DNA from: Deltaproteobacteria bacterium HGW-Deltaproteobacteria-2
GTDB lineage: Bacteria > Desulfobacterota > Syntrophia > Syntrophales > Smithellaceae
Length of the DNA stretch: 64,000 nt
NCBI GenBank assembly: GCA_002840505.1
Contig: PHBC01000003.1
Span: 569,340-633,339 of the forward strand
Direction: 5' to 3'
Part shown: positions 19,852 through 29,624 of the stretch, one piece after another
How the letters are laid out: each line of letters starts with the position of its first letter
Numbering within the stretch: the stretch's first letter is position 1
The notes under the pieces: model-generated
Databases searched by the model: none
What the model saw: only the letters and a program-made list of their open reading frames with translations
Told to the model about the DNA's origin: nothing
Translations under genes and position numbers: made by a program

Positions 19852-19893
19852 TTTCACCCTCTCCCTAGCCCTCTCCCCTCAAGGGAGAGGGAA
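19852..19893 (-). repeat. CCCTC-type REP-like palindrome, upstream arm
   Basis: TTTCACCCTCTCCCTAGCCCTCTCCCCTCAAGGGAGAGGGAA, an inverted copy of 19465-19503. Confidence 0.88.
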
Positions 19894-19895
19894 TT

Positions 19896-20870
19896 TTATT
19901 TGTTCAGCAGTTTAGCTATCTCCGGAGCGAAATAAGTGATGATGATATCAGCACCGGCGCGTTTGATAGATGTCAGTGACTCGACCATAGCTTTTTCTTC
20001 ATCGATCCAGCCCAGTTGGGCAGCAGCTTTGATCATCGAATACTCTCCACTGACATTATACGCCGCTATCGGCAGATCGAATTCCTGCTTGGCGCGGCAG
20101 ATGATGTCCAGATAAGCCAGCGCCGGTTTCACCATGATGATATCCGCTCCCTCACCTACATCCAGCGACATTTCTCTTATCGCTTCGTCGGCGTTGGCCG
20201 GATCCATCTGATAAGATTTTCTGTCGCCGAATTGCGGCGCACTCTCGGCGGCCTCGCGAAAAGGCCCGTAAAACGATGACGCGTATTTTGCCGCATAAGC
20301 CATTATGGGTATATTTTCAAACGCATTTTCATCAAGAGCCTCGCGGATAGCTGTCACTTGCCCATCCATCATCGCCGACGGCGCTACCATATCTGCTCCG
20401 GCTCGCGCCTGTGAAAGAGCGGTTTCTGCCAGCACTTCCAGCGTCGCGTCGTTCTGTACGTCGTCTTTTTCCAGCATGCCGCAATGACCGTGGCTGGTGT
20501 ATTCACACAGGCAGACATCCGTAATCACGAGAATGTCGGGCACTTCATTTTTTATGCGTTTGACGGCTTGCTGGACAATGCCGTCCTTAGCAAAGGCTCC
20601 TGTGGCCATCTCATCTTTTTTTGCCGGAATACCAAACAGCAGGACGGCGAGAATTCCCAGTTCGTGTGCTTTTTGCGCCTCTTTAGCAATATAATCTACC
20701 GACAACTGAAATTGGCCGGGCATGGATGTAATTGGCTTTTTAACGCTCTTGCCGGGCACCGCAAACAGCGGATAGACCAGATCATCAACGCTTAGTTTTG
20801 TTTCACGTATCAAACGCCGGAAGTTTTCATTTTTTCTCAACCTGCGGGCACGATATTCCGGAAATTGCAT
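19896..20870 (-). CDS. hemB: Porphobilinogen synthase
   Basis: [42 protein letters not shown]. Confidence 0.99.
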   Translation of the reverse strand: MQFPEYRARRLRKNENFRRLIRETKLSVDDLVYPLFAVPGKSVKKPITSMPGQFQLSVDYIAKEAQKAHELGILAVLLFGIPAKKDEMATGAFAKDGIVQQAVKRIKNEVPDILVITDVCLCEYTSHGHCGMLEKDDVQNDATLEVLAETALSQARAGADMVAPSAMMDGQVTAIREALDENAFENIPIMAYAAKYASSFYGPFREAAESAPQFGDRKSYQMDPANADEAIREMSLDVGEGADIIMVKPALAYLDIICRAKQEFDLPIAAYNVSGEYSMIKAAAQLGWIDEEKAMVESLTSIKRAGADIIITYFAPEIAKLLNK

Positions 20871-20875
20871 TTTCT

Positions 20876-22060
20876 TTAGTCCTCCCCTTTAATTTCTTCA
20901 TCTGTCAGATAACAGGCGGGATCAGGCCCCCAGAGCTCTCCTGCCGATTCCGCCCGGGCGCGGAAATTGCCGCCGCAGACATTGAGCCACAGACATCCCG
21001 CGCACCGCCCCTGGACATGTCTCTTTTTATCTTTCATTTTCATCAAAAATTCATTTTTTTCATCCGTCCAGATTTCGCTGAAAGGCCGCTGCCGGACATT
21101 TCCCAAAGATTGATTGCGCCAGAACTGATCGGGATAAACCTCGCCGTCCCAACTGACACAGCCAATACCAAGGCCTGAGCTGTTGCCCTCGTTCATCTCC
21201 AACAGTTTAAGAATTTCCTTCGCGCGCTCCGGATTTTCTTCTTTCATTTTCAGATACAGATATGGACCGTCGGCATGATTATCCACCGTTAGAATTTCTG
21301 GAGACAGGCCATCGTCGAACATCTTTTTGGTTTGGGCGGCTATCAAATCAATTAAGCGGCGGGTTTCTTCATGCGTTAAATCTTCTTCTCGCAGTTTGGA
21401 GCCGCGGCCGGTGTAAACCAGATGATAAAAACACATCCTTTCAATCTTTTCTTTTCTCAGCAGTTCGAACATATCCGGCACGTCGGCCATATTATGTTTA
21501 TTGACCGTAAAACGGATACCAACCTTAATTCCCGCGTCGCGACAATTGCGGATTCCTTCGATGGCCGCGGCAAAGGCGCCCTTCTTCCCACGGAAGCGGT
21601 CGTGCGTTTTTTCCAGGCCGTCAAGACTTACTCCTACGTAAGAAAGGCCGATTTTCTGCAGTTTGGCCGCAATCTCTTTGGTGATGAGCGTGCCGTTGGT
21701 GGAAATGACCGCGCGCATTCCTTTATTCGTCGCGTACTGCGCCAGTTCCAGTAAATCTTTGCGGATCAGCGGTTCGCCGCCGGAAAAAAGAATCACCGGA
21801 GAGCCAAACGCTGCCAGATCATCAATGAGTTTTTTGCCTTCCTCTGTGGTCAGTTCGTCGGGATAATCGATATCGGCGGAATTGGAATAGCAGTGAATAC
21901 ATTTTAAATTACAGCGGCGGGTCATGTTCCAGACAACCACCGGTTTTTTGTCGGATGAAAATTGCAGAAGATGCGAAGGCAAATCACCCGATTTCCGGTT
22001 GTAGCGCAGGACATCGGACGGTTCCACGGCTCCGCAATATAATTTGGAAATTCCTATCAT
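20876..22060 (-). CDS. ahbC: Fe-coproporphyrin synthase AhbC (NirJ1-like radical SAM)
   Basis: [49 protein letters not shown]. Confidence 0.93.
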   Translation of the reverse strand: MIGISKLYCGAVEPSDVLRYNRKSGDLPSHLLQFSSDKKPVVVWNMTRRCNLKCIHCYSNSADIDYPDELTTEEGKKLIDDLAAFGSPVILFSGGEPLIRKDLLELAQYATNKGMRAVISTNGTLITKEIAAKLQKIGLSYVGVSLDGLEKTHDRFRGKKGAFAAAIEGIRNCRDAGIKVGIRFTVNKHNMADVPDMFELLRKEKIERMCFYHLVYTGRGSKLREEDLTHEETRRLIDLIAAQTKKMFDDGLSPEILTVDNHADGPYLYLKMKEENPERAKEILKLLEMNEGNSSGLGIGCVSWDGEVYPDQFWRNQSLGNVRQRPFSEIWTDEKNEFLMKMKDKKRHVQGRCAGCLWLNVCGGNFRARAESAGELWGPDPACYLTDEEIKGED

Positions 22061-23610
22061 TTATTTTTACCTCGTTTCCGTGTGGCCGGTTTTTTCCCGA
22101 AGTAACCAATCAAGGCCGAAACCAGCCCTTCCATCGTATATTCTTCCTGATGAATATCAACCGATAATCCCGCCTTTTTGGCCGCCGCTGCGGTAACCGG
22201 CCCGATGCAGGCGATTTTGACACTCTTGGACAGTTTAAAACCGCCTCCCATAATTTTAACGAAATTATTCACAGTGGACGAACTGGTAAAGGTAATCACA
22301 TCCACCTGATTTTCTTTGAATAATGCTTCCAGATCGCTTTTTTTCTTCCCCGAATTGACTGTTTCGTAGGCGGTGACAACATCAACCTGCGCCCCCAGTT
22401 TTTTCAGTCCTTCCGGCAAAACATCGCGCGCCTTGGCTGCGCGGGCGAGAAGAATTTTCTTCCCCTTCAGATTTTTACCGGAGAAAGATTTAAGGATTCC
22501 TTCGGAAATAAATTTTTCAGGAAGAAGATCAACTTTAATTCCTTTGTTCTGTACCTGTTGTGCTGTTGCCGGGCCGATACAGCAAATTTTGACGCCCTTG
22601 AGATCGCGGATGTCCTTCTTTTTCGCCAGCAGCCTTTCAAAGAAGAACGCAACACCGTTGGCGCTGGTGAATATCAGCCAGTCGTAATCTTCCAGTTTTT
22701 TTATCGCCGCATCCAATTCGCGCCAGTCAGGCGGGGGAACAATTTTAATTGTCGGGAAGTGAATAGGATTGGCGCCTTCCTTGATGAGAAGTTTTGCCAG
22801 ATCGTCGGCCTGTTTTTCCGGCCGTGTGATGACCACACCTTTGCCGAAGAGCGGCTTGGAATCAAACCACTGCAAAGTGTCGCGCAGAGCAACTACTTCG
22901 CCGACAACAAGAATTGCCGGCGGCGCAAATTTGCACTCTTTAGCCCGCGTGGCTATATTGGCCAGCGTCCCGGTAAGAATTTCCTGCCTCGGCGTCGTGC
23001 CCCAGCGGATCAGCGCGGCAGGCGTTTTTGGTGATCGGCCATTGTCTTTTAATTCTTTCACAATCTTTTCGATATTCTTTACGCCCATCAGAAAAACAAG
23101 AGTTCCGATGCGGGACAAAGCCTGCCAGTCGATATCGCTTTTTTCTTTGGTCGGGTCTTCATGTCCGGTGACAAAAGCGACCGTGGAAGTTAATCCTCTG
23201 TGCGTGAGCGGAATGCCGGCATAAGCGGGAACGGCAATTGCTGAAGTGACACCGGGAACGATTTCAAAAGATATTTTGTTTGCGGCAAGTTTTTCCGCTT
23301 CTTCCCCGCCGCGGCCGAAAATAAAAGGATCTCCACCTTTTAAACGGGCAACGATGTTTCCGGCCTTGGCTTCTTTTACCAGCAGGTCGTTGATCTGCCA
23401 TTGCGACAACGTATGAGCGCCGCCCTGCTTCCCCGCGTAAATGAAGCGGACATCACTATGGGCGTATTTTAACAAATCCTTGCCGACCAGATAATCGTAG
23501 ACAACGACATCTGCTTCACGCAGGCAGTCAATCGCTTTGAGCGTAATCAGCCCCGCATCGCCCGGCCCGGCACCAATGATATAAACTTTTCCTGTTTTAT
23601 TTTTTTTCAT
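22057..23610 (-). CDS. cobA: Uroporphyrinogen-III C-methyltransferase / synthase fusion (CobA-HemD)
   Basis: GAGPGDAGLIT, RLKGGDPFIFGRGGEE; C-terminal HemD (FTSANGV, FTSSSTV, CIGPVT). Confidence 0.96.
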   Translation of the reverse strand: MKKNKTGKVYIIGAGPGDAGLITLKAIDCLREADVVVYDYLVGKDLLKYAHSDVRFIYAGKQGGAHTLSQWQINDLLVKEAKAGNIVARLKGGDPFIFGRGGEEAEKLAANKISFEIVPGVTSAIAVPAYAGIPLTHRGLTSTVAFVTGHEDPTKEKSDIDWQALSRIGTLVFLMGVKNIEKIVKELKDNGRSPKTPAALIRWGTTPRQEILTGTLANIATRAKECKFAPPAILVVGEVVALRDTLQWFDSKPLFGKGVVITRPEKQADDLAKLLIKEGANPIHFPTIKIVPPPDWRELDAAIKKLEDYDWLIFTSANGVAFFFERLLAKKKDIRDLKGVKICCIGPATAQQVQNKGIKVDLLPEKFISEGILKSFSGKNLKGKKILLARAAKARDVLPEGLKKLGAQVDVVTAYETVNSGKKKSDLEALFKENQVDVITFTSSSTVNNFVKIMGGGFKLSKSVKIACIGPVTAAAAKKAGLSVDIHQEEYTMEGLVSALIGYFGKKPATRKRGKNK

Positions 23611-23624
23611 AATTTTTAGTTTTT

Positions 23625-23651
23625 GTCATTCCCGCGCAGGCGGGAATCCAG
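23625..23651 (+). repeat. REP-like palindrome, type B (dRS3-like ATTCCC-N8-GGGAAT), left arm
   Basis: GTC-ATTCCC-GCGCAGGC-GGGAAT-CCAG, 3 nt from the GIY-YIG stop. Confidence 0.9.
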
Positions 23652-23654
23652 GAA

Positions 23655-23942
23655 TTACACTATTTCATTATACAAATCTTTCCACTCAAAATTCTTCTCT
23701 TCAATTAATCTAATCTTCCACTTTCTGTTCCACTTCTTCATCTGTTTTTCTCTTAATATTGCTTCTTCTATTTCTTTATGATGCTCATAATATACAAGGT
23801 CATGTATATTGTATTCATTAGTAAATCCATCGGTTAAGTTTTGTTTATGCTCATAAATCCTTTTTACTAAATCACCTGTAACACCGATATATAACGTTCC
23901 ATTCTTTTTACTGGCCAGAATATAAACATAATATTGTTTCAT
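23655..23942 (-). CDS. Stand-alone GIY-YIG endonuclease (paralogue of 18036-18326)
   Basis: YYVYILASKKNGTLYIGVTGDLVKRIYEHK...AILREKQMKKWNRKWKIRLIE; AT-rich. Confidence 0.93.
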   Translation of the reverse strand: MKQYYVYILASKKNGTLYIGVTGDLVKRIYEHKQNLTDGFTNEYNIHDLVYYEHHKEIEEAILREKQMKKWNRKWKIRLIEEKNFEWKDLYNEIV

Positions 23943-23951
23943 AAAAAAATA

Positions 23952-23978
23952 CTGGATTCCCGCCTTCGCGGGAATGAC
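23952..23978 (-). repeat. REP-like palindrome, type B, right arm
   Basis: CTGGATTCCCGCCTTCGCGGGAATGAC, inverted relative to 23625-23651. Confidence 0.9.
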
Positions 23979-23997
23979 AATGGATTATTATTTATTC

Positions 23998-24912
23998 TCA
24001 GCACATCAAATCCAAAAGTCTCCTGCCGCCTTTTTCTAAGATGATTTCCGCCAGCTTTTTCCCCATTTCTTCCGCGTCTTCTTTGGCACCGCTTATTTTC
24101 TCGCGAATCATTGTGGAACCGTTGGGCGCGGCAAGCATGCCTTCAAGCGTTAGCATCTGACCATCCAGTTTTCCCAGAGCCGCGATGGGCAAACGGCATC
24201 CGCCGCCCAGCGCCCGCAGAAAAGAACGCTCGGCGGTAACCTCCGCCGCGGTTGTCGCATCATTCAGCGCCACGCAGGCTTTCGCAAGTTCGGTATCAGA
24301 TTTGCGAATCTGCAACCCCAGCGCGCCCTGGCCAACTGCGGGAAGCATCGTTTCCACCGGCAAGAACTGAGTGATTTTTTCGGCCAATCCCATGCGCTTC
24401 ATGCCTGCCGCCGCCAGAATAATGCCGGTTAGATTTTCCGTTTCTATTTTTTTCAGCCGCGTGTCGAGGTTGCCGCGTAGAGGTACAATGTTGACATCCG
24501 GCATCATGGATTTAATCTGCGCACCGCGTCGCTGAGAGCCGGTGCCGATTTTTGCTCCTTTGGGCAGAAATTCCATTTTGATGTTGTTGCGCGAAACCAG
24601 AACATCGCGCACGTCTTCTCGATGCAGGATGGCCACAAACATCAGATCCTCCGGCGTTTCTCCCGGAACATCCTTCATGCTGTGCACCGCCAGATCGATC
24701 TTATTGGAAAGCAGAGCTTCTTCAAGTTCCTTCACGAAAACACCCTGGCCGCCTATGGTCAGAAGTGACACATCCTGCATGATGTCGCCGCTTGTTTTAA
24801 TGACGCATATCTCAATTTCCGCACCAGGTATTGCTTTCTTCAATTTTTCAGCAACAAAATTTGTCTGCGTCAATGCCAGTTTGCTTCCGCGTGTGCCTAT
24901 TTTCAAATTCAT
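23998..24912 (-). CDS. hemC: Hydroxymethylbilane synthase
   Basis: IGTRGSKLAL, VHSMKDVP, LRGNLDTR, GGCRLPI. Confidence 0.99.
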   Translation of the reverse strand: MNLKIGTRGSKLALTQTNFVAEKLKKAIPGAEIEICVIKTSGDIMQDVSLLTIGGQGVFVKELEEALLSNKIDLAVHSMKDVPGETPEDLMFVAILHREDVRDVLVSRNNIKMEFLPKGAKIGTGSQRRGAQIKSMMPDVNIVPLRGNLDTRLKKIETENLTGIILAAAGMKRMGLAEKITQFLPVETMLPAVGQGALGLQIRKSDTELAKACVALNDATTAAEVTAERSFLRALGGGCRLPIAALGKLDGQMLTLEGMLAAPNGSTMIREKISGAKEDAEEMGKKLAEIILEKGGRRLLDLMC

Positions 24913-24950
24913 ACAAATCCTAGCTTTAATAAAGCTTAATTATTTTTTCT

Positions 24951-25175
24951 TTACTTATATTTTTCCACAGTCTTTTCAGGATAAACTGTTATCGCACCAG
25001 AAAGAGGCTTATCACCAGCTATTAAAAGCCATATTGTGACAAACAAAGTAAGGAACATAAAAATTCCAAATGCTATTAACACTCGCTTTGTATACGTTAA
25101 TTTATTAGTAAACATACTGATCAATATAAATGCAACAATTCCGATTATCATGAAAACAAATAATAATTTTATCAT
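24951..25175 (-). CDS. Small AT-rich two-TM hypothetical protein
   Basis: 74 aa with two hydrophobic helices; inserted between hemA and hemC. Confidence 0.55.
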   Translation of the reverse strand: MIKLLFVFMIIGIVAFILISMFTNKLTYTKRVLIAFGIFMFLTLFVTIWLLIAGDKPLSGAITVYPEKTVEKYK

Positions 25176-25261
25176 TGCTTATTCTCTCATTTCATATTGG
25201 GAACGGTATTTTCTTACTCCGTGCTACTTCGCTATGTGACTCTTGCCCCTTGATCCTTTCT

Positions 25262-26524
25262 CTATCCATCCAACCTAAAAAGTCTCCGCACTGCCGCCAC
25301 GATATCGCGGGAGCTGATATCGGAGCTTTCTTCTTTTAAAACCGTTACCGGTGCATGTAAAACCTTGTTCACGACGGAGTTAACCAGATTATCGATTTTT
25401 TCCTGATCTTCTTTGTTCAAATTTTGCATCCAGCCGGAAGCTTTTTCCATTTCGGACTGAACAATTTCTCCGGCCTTGTTGCGCAGAGAAACGATTGTCG
25501 GGACGGATTCCAGTTCCTTCTGCCAGTTGATATATCTCGCTACTTCCTCATCCACAATCATTTCGGCCTTAATCGCTTCTTTTTTGCGGATATTCATATT
25601 TTCATCAACAATATCCTGAAGGTTGTCGATATTATAAAGATAAACATTCTCCAGCGCACTTGCTGCCGGTTCGATGTCGCGCGGTACGGCAATGTCAATC
25701 AAAAACAACAGACGGTTTTTGCGCTGATGATGAATTTTTCTGAGCATGTCGGCGGTGACGATAAAAACGGGCGCTCCGGTGGAACTGATGACGATATCCG
25801 CCTCAATCAGTTTTTTATCCAGTGCATCCAGCGCTACCGCCTCGCCATGGAATTTTTCCGCCAGCAGTTCGGCCTGCGCCAAAGACCTGTTGGCAATAAT
25901 TATCGATTGGGCTCCTTTCTCAATCAGTTGCTGGCCTGTCAACTCGGCCATTTCGCCGGCGCCGATGAGCAGGATTATTTTGCCGGAAAGCGAACCAAAT
26001 ATTTTTTTGGCCAATTCCACCGCGGCATGACTCACCGAAACGGGATTGACGGCAATGGCCGTTTCCGACCGGACGCGTTTGGCCGCGCGAAAGGAACAGT
26101 GCATCAACCGATTCAAAACAACGCCGGTCGCGTATTTCTCCAGCGCCTCGCGATAGGCGTCTTTCACCTGACCGAGAATCTGCGCCTCGCCCATGACCAT
26201 CGAATCAAGACTCGATGCCACACGGAAAATATGGCGCACGGCTTCCTCGCCGCGATATTCGTAAAAGCAGCCTTTAGCTTCGGCTTCGGTAAGATTGCCG
26301 TTTCGTGCCAGAAAACCGCTGAGCTCTTTGAGGGCAAAGCCTCCCTCTGCGACGCTGGCAACAATCTCCACGCGGTTACAGGTAGAAAGATACAGCACTT
26401 CTTCCACGCCGTTTATAGCCAGAAGGCCGGGAAGCAAATCCTTTTTCTCCTGACAGCCGGCAAATATTTTTTCCCGGACAGCAATGGGTGCTGTTTTATG
26501 ATTTAAGCCTGTTAATACAATCAT
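25262..26524 (-). CDS. hemA: Glutamyl-tRNA reductase
   Basis: GLNHKTAP, STCNRVE, SLDSMVMGEAQILGQVK, GAGEM, DIAVPRD. Confidence 0.99.
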   Translation of the reverse strand: MIVLTGLNHKTAPIAVREKIFAGCQEKKDLLPGLLAINGVEEVLYLSTCNRVEIVASVAEGGFALKELSGFLARNGNLTEAEAKGCFYEYRGEEAVRHIFRVASSLDSMVMGEAQILGQVKDAYREALEKYATGVVLNRLMHCSFRAAKRVRSETAIAVNPVSVSHAAVELAKKIFGSLSGKIILLIGAGEMAELTGQQLIEKGAQSIIIANRSLAQAELLAEKFHGEAVALDALDKKLIEADIVISSTGAPVFIVTADMLRKIHHQRKNRLLFLIDIAVPRDIEPAASALENVYLYNIDNLQDIVDENMNIRKKEAIKAEMIVDEEVARYINWQKELESVPTIVSLRNKAGEIVQSEMEKASGWMQNLNKEDQEKIDNLVNSVVNKVLHAPVTVLKEESSDISSRDIVAAVRRLFRLDG

Positions 26525-26527
26525 GTT

Positions 26528-27367
26528 TTAAATAAAGTTATGCAAAGTTGAAAAACAAATTCTCACGCTTCCATAGGACAACAAAAGAAGAATAAAAGCG
26601 ACACCGGAAATTACGGCCATCCGGTAACCCTTCCAGCCGATGGCCAGACGCTGATGCAGAAGGAATCCATAGATAATCCAGCCGGCAAACGTCCAGATAA
26701 TTTTCGGATCGGTCAGCCAGCCGGACTGCCAACTTATTTCAGCAAATACCGCTCCGGCAATTATACCTACGCTCAAAATCGGGAATCCCCACAGCAGACA
26801 AATATGATTAATCCTGTCCAGATCATTTAACGATGGCAGCAATCTGCTCATTTTGCTTAATTTTTTGTGTTTCAGCATTCTGTTTTGCATGATGAACATT
26901 AATCCGGCGCAGGACGCGATTATAAACAACGCTTCGCCCATGATGACGCAAAACAAATGCAAAGCTGTCAGCCAGTTTTGCAGATTCTGCGGGACAAGAG
27001 ATTTACCGGAAGCCTCTCCGGCGGCGGCAATCATAAACAGCAGGATAAAAGGAGATATGAATGCCCCGAGCACTCTGGTTTTAGTTTTAAATTGCAGAGC
27101 AAGATAAACCGCGCATACCGACCAGGCGCAAAGGGAAAGAAAATCACGGGAGCCGGGATTAATCAGCACCGAGGAATTGGCAAACGAAAAAAACAAATTA
27201 ATCGTCAGAAAACCAAAAGCGGCAGCCAAAATCCAGGTAGAAATTCTGGCCAGCCTTACTTTTTTAACAAGAAGTGAAGACAGATAACCGACTGTGCTTA
27301 AGGCACAGAGAATGAGAGCAATTTTAAAAGAAATTAATTGTAAATCAATTAAATTCAACTTCGACAT
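26528..27367 (-). CDS. ccsA: Cytochrome c assembly protein CcsA/HemX family
   Basis: Multi-TM; LPSLNDLD, W..DPKIIW, GWKG motif; typical position between cysG and hemA. Confidence 0.85.
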   Translation of the reverse strand: MSKLNLIDLQLISFKIALILCALSTVGYLSSLLVKKVRLARISTWILAAAFGFLTINLFFSFANSSVLINPGSRDFLSLCAWSVCAVYLALQFKTKTRVLGAFISPFILLFMIAAAGEASGKSLVPQNLQNWLTALHLFCVIMGEALFIIASCAGLMFIMQNRMLKHKKLSKMSRLLPSLNDLDRINHICLLWGFPILSVGIIAGAVFAEISWQSGWLTDPKIIWTFAGWIIYGFLLHQRLAIGWKGYRMAVISGVAFILLLLSYGSVRICFSTLHNFI

Positions 27368-28007
27368 CCTCCCCGGTTATTTTTTTTACAGTTTCCTTCA
27401 CTTTTTTCATGTTCTTGTTTTTTATTAAATCCAGAATGCCTTCCGCCAGCAATGATTTAAACCAATCCTTACCGACTCCGGCGTTTTTTTCCATCTTGAC
27501 GCGTAATCCTCCCAGAATATTCAGAAAGATTTCATACTCGGAACCGTATTTTTCTTCCAGCTCTTCCCGCAGATGGCGGGCTAAAGCCGGGCTTTTTCCG
27601 CCGGTGCCTATCGTGATGGCCAGATCGCCTCTCTGCACAATAGAGGGTAGAATAAAATCGCATTTCTTGGGATCGTCAACAATATTTACCGGTATGCCTT
27701 TGCTGCGGGCATCTTGCGATATTTTGGCGTTGGTTTTTTCGTCGTCGGTTGCCCCTATAATCAAAGCGGCCTTATCAATTAAATCGCCCGAATATTGGGC
27801 GGCAATATGGGAAATCAATTTCTTATCTTTGAGTGTGGCAAGTTCAGGCGAAAGTTTCGGGCTGATGACCAAAACTTTCGCGCCGCAATCAAGGAGCCTC
27901 TCTGCTTTTCTTAAGGCAACTTCACCACCGCCGACAATAACGCATTTTTTATCTTTAATGTCCAAAAAAATCGGATAATACTTCAAGGTTTTACTCTCTG
28001 TAACCAT
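27345..28007 (-). CDS. Precorrin-2 dehydrogenase / sirohydrochlorin ferrochelatase (CysG N-terminal/SirC)
   Basis: YYPIFL, VGGGEVALRK, VNIVDDP..CDFILP, TGGKSPALA. Confidence 0.93.
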   Translation of the reverse strand: MVTESKTLKYYPIFLDIKDKKCVIVGGGEVALRKAERLLDCGAKVLVISPKLSPELATLKDKKLISHIAAQYSGDLIDKAALIIGATDDEKTNAKISQDARSKGIPVNIVDDPKKCDFILPSIVQRGDLAITIGTGGKSPALARHLREELEEKYGSEYEIFLNILGGLRVKMEKNAGVGKDWFKSLLAEGILDLIKNKNMKKVKETVKKITGEDVEVEFN

Positions 28008-28032
28008 ATATTTGCTTTACTAAAGACTAATT

Positions 28033-28157
28033 TATGCCATTTCTAAATCAAAGATGATATCGAGGCGGCTAGGAGGAGGCAACGAGGCGTATTACCAATA
28101 CGTTGAGGAAGCCGACAGCGAAGCCAACAAAGATAGCGCTTTGATTTAAATGGCATA
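28033..28157. mobile_element. MITE-like element
   Basis: TIRs TATGCCATTT(ct)AAATCAAAG / CTTTGATTTAAATGGCATA, central CGTATT-acc-AATACG hairpin; upstream of the haem operon. Confidence 0.65.
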
Positions 28158-28259
28158 CGAAAGCTATCACGAAGGTGGGTAATTTTCAAGAAACGTTATT
28201 TATATCACTAATCGTGGAAGTAATTAATTTAAGAAGGGAGAAACGCTGTTTTGAATCGT

Positions 28260-29435
28260 TTATTCGGAAAATTCCATACGATTGCGCCCGCCGTTTTTTG
28301 CTCTATATAAAGCTTCATCGGCACGTGAAATAGTTCTTTCAATGTTTTCCTGCATTTTATACACCGTCAGGCCTATGGAAACCGTAACCCTGTAATCAGA
28401 ACCCAAACTCGGGAATAAACTTTTTTCCACACAATCACGGATACGTTCCGCGAATACCTTCGCTGCCGGAAGATCCGTTTGCGTAAGTACAATCAAAAAT
28501 TCCTCACCGCCATAACGTCCGCAGAAGTCCGTTTTACGTAAAATACTGCGGACAACGGCAGCGAATGTCTTCAATACATAGTCGCCTGTCTGATGCCCGT
28601 ACGTATCGTTGATACTTTTAAATTTATCAATATCTATCATGGCCAAAGAAAAGACCGACCCTGTGCGTACTGCACGATTACTCTCAGTTTCAATGAGGTC
28701 CATTAGATGGGTGCGATTGAAGAAACCTGTAAGGTCATCGTGAATGGCCATTTCCCTGATAACTGTTAAGGATGATTGCAGCTTTCTCCGGCTGAGGCTT
28801 AACTCCCGGCGGAGAGAACTGATATTTCCTGCAATGGAAGAAACAGATATCATGACTATGGCCAGCCCGAACCATTGAAAAAGTTCTATTTTAAGATTGA
28901 TGTCTTGCGGACGAGAAATGCTCAGCAGACCGATATCGATTCCGTAAGTCAACAGGGCAAAACCACTAATAAGTAAGAACTGGCTGGTATAAAGGCGAAA
29001 AATACCAAACAAAAGTATAAGAATATACATGGAGAATAGAAGACCCCGTACTTCATAGGCATAATATATTGCATACATAACAACAAGGATGGCGGTACAC
29101 ATCTGAATGGAAGTGAGACTGGGATCCGACATACGCAGATTAAGACCGGTGCGAAAGACTATATATAAAATAACGTTGATTGTCAGAAGAATAATGCCCA
29201 ATCCATACAGTGCCTGCAGGTTCACGATACCTGCCAAATAGGCAAAATAAGAAATTGAAATATTAAGTATATAGATGACCAAGGTCACAAAAAAACGACG
29301 GAGGCGAAGAGCCTGCTTAGGGTCATCCCTGGGGATGATAGAAAAATTCATGGCCATTATGGAAAGATTGAAGGCCATTTTAGATAATTTTTTTTTAATT
29401 CCGTTGATATTCAAAGACAGGCTTTTACGAACCAT
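28260..29435 (-). CDS. Membrane-bound diguanylate cyclase
   Basis: About 6 TM helices, DDLTG, DIDKFKSINDTYGH, RKTD I-site, RYGGEEF. Confidence 0.93.
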   Translation of the reverse strand: MVRKSLSLNINGIKKKLSKMAFNLSIMAMNFSIIPRDDPKQALRLRRFFVTLVIYILNISISYFAYLAGIVNLQALYGLGIILLTINVILYIVFRTGLNLRMSDPSLTSIQMCTAILVVMYAIYYAYEVRGLLFSMYILILLFGIFRLYTSQFLLISGFALLTYGIDIGLLSISRPQDINLKIELFQWFGLAIVMISVSSIAGNISSLRRELSLSRRKLQSSLTVIREMAIHDDLTGFFNRTHLMDLIETESNRAVRTGSVFSLAMIDIDKFKSINDTYGHQTGDYVLKTFAAVVRSILRKTDFCGRYGGEEFLIVLTQTDLPAAKVFAERIRDCVEKSLFPSLGSDYRVTVSIGLTVYKMQENIERTISRADEALYRAKNGGRNRMEFSE

Positions 29436-29502
29436 AATTTCTCTGATAAAGATTTATTCTGAGGGTTTGTACTAAAAAAAACATCCCGTGTCAATCAAGG
29501 GC

Positions 29503-29624
29503 GTCAATCCCTTTCGGGATCCACAGGCTCACTATCAGCGAGTGTCAAATCCCACTCCGCTTCGCTTCGGGGATAATTCCACTTGCGCTTCGAGCATCGC
29601 GTAGCTCGCTCTTAGCGAGTGTCA
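29503..29624. repeat. Two degenerate tandem palindromic units
   Basis: GCTCACTATCAGCGAGTGTCA (29527-29547) and GCTCGCTCTTAGCGAGTGTCA (29604-29624), each preceded by an ATCCC...GGGAT hairpin. Confidence 0.5.

Noticed and set aside
25424..26506. 360-aa plus-strand ORF (likewise 54675-55715, 52348-53037, 56736-57404, 57549-58247)
   Set aside because: Antisense shadows of well-supported minus-strand genes, with no motifs.
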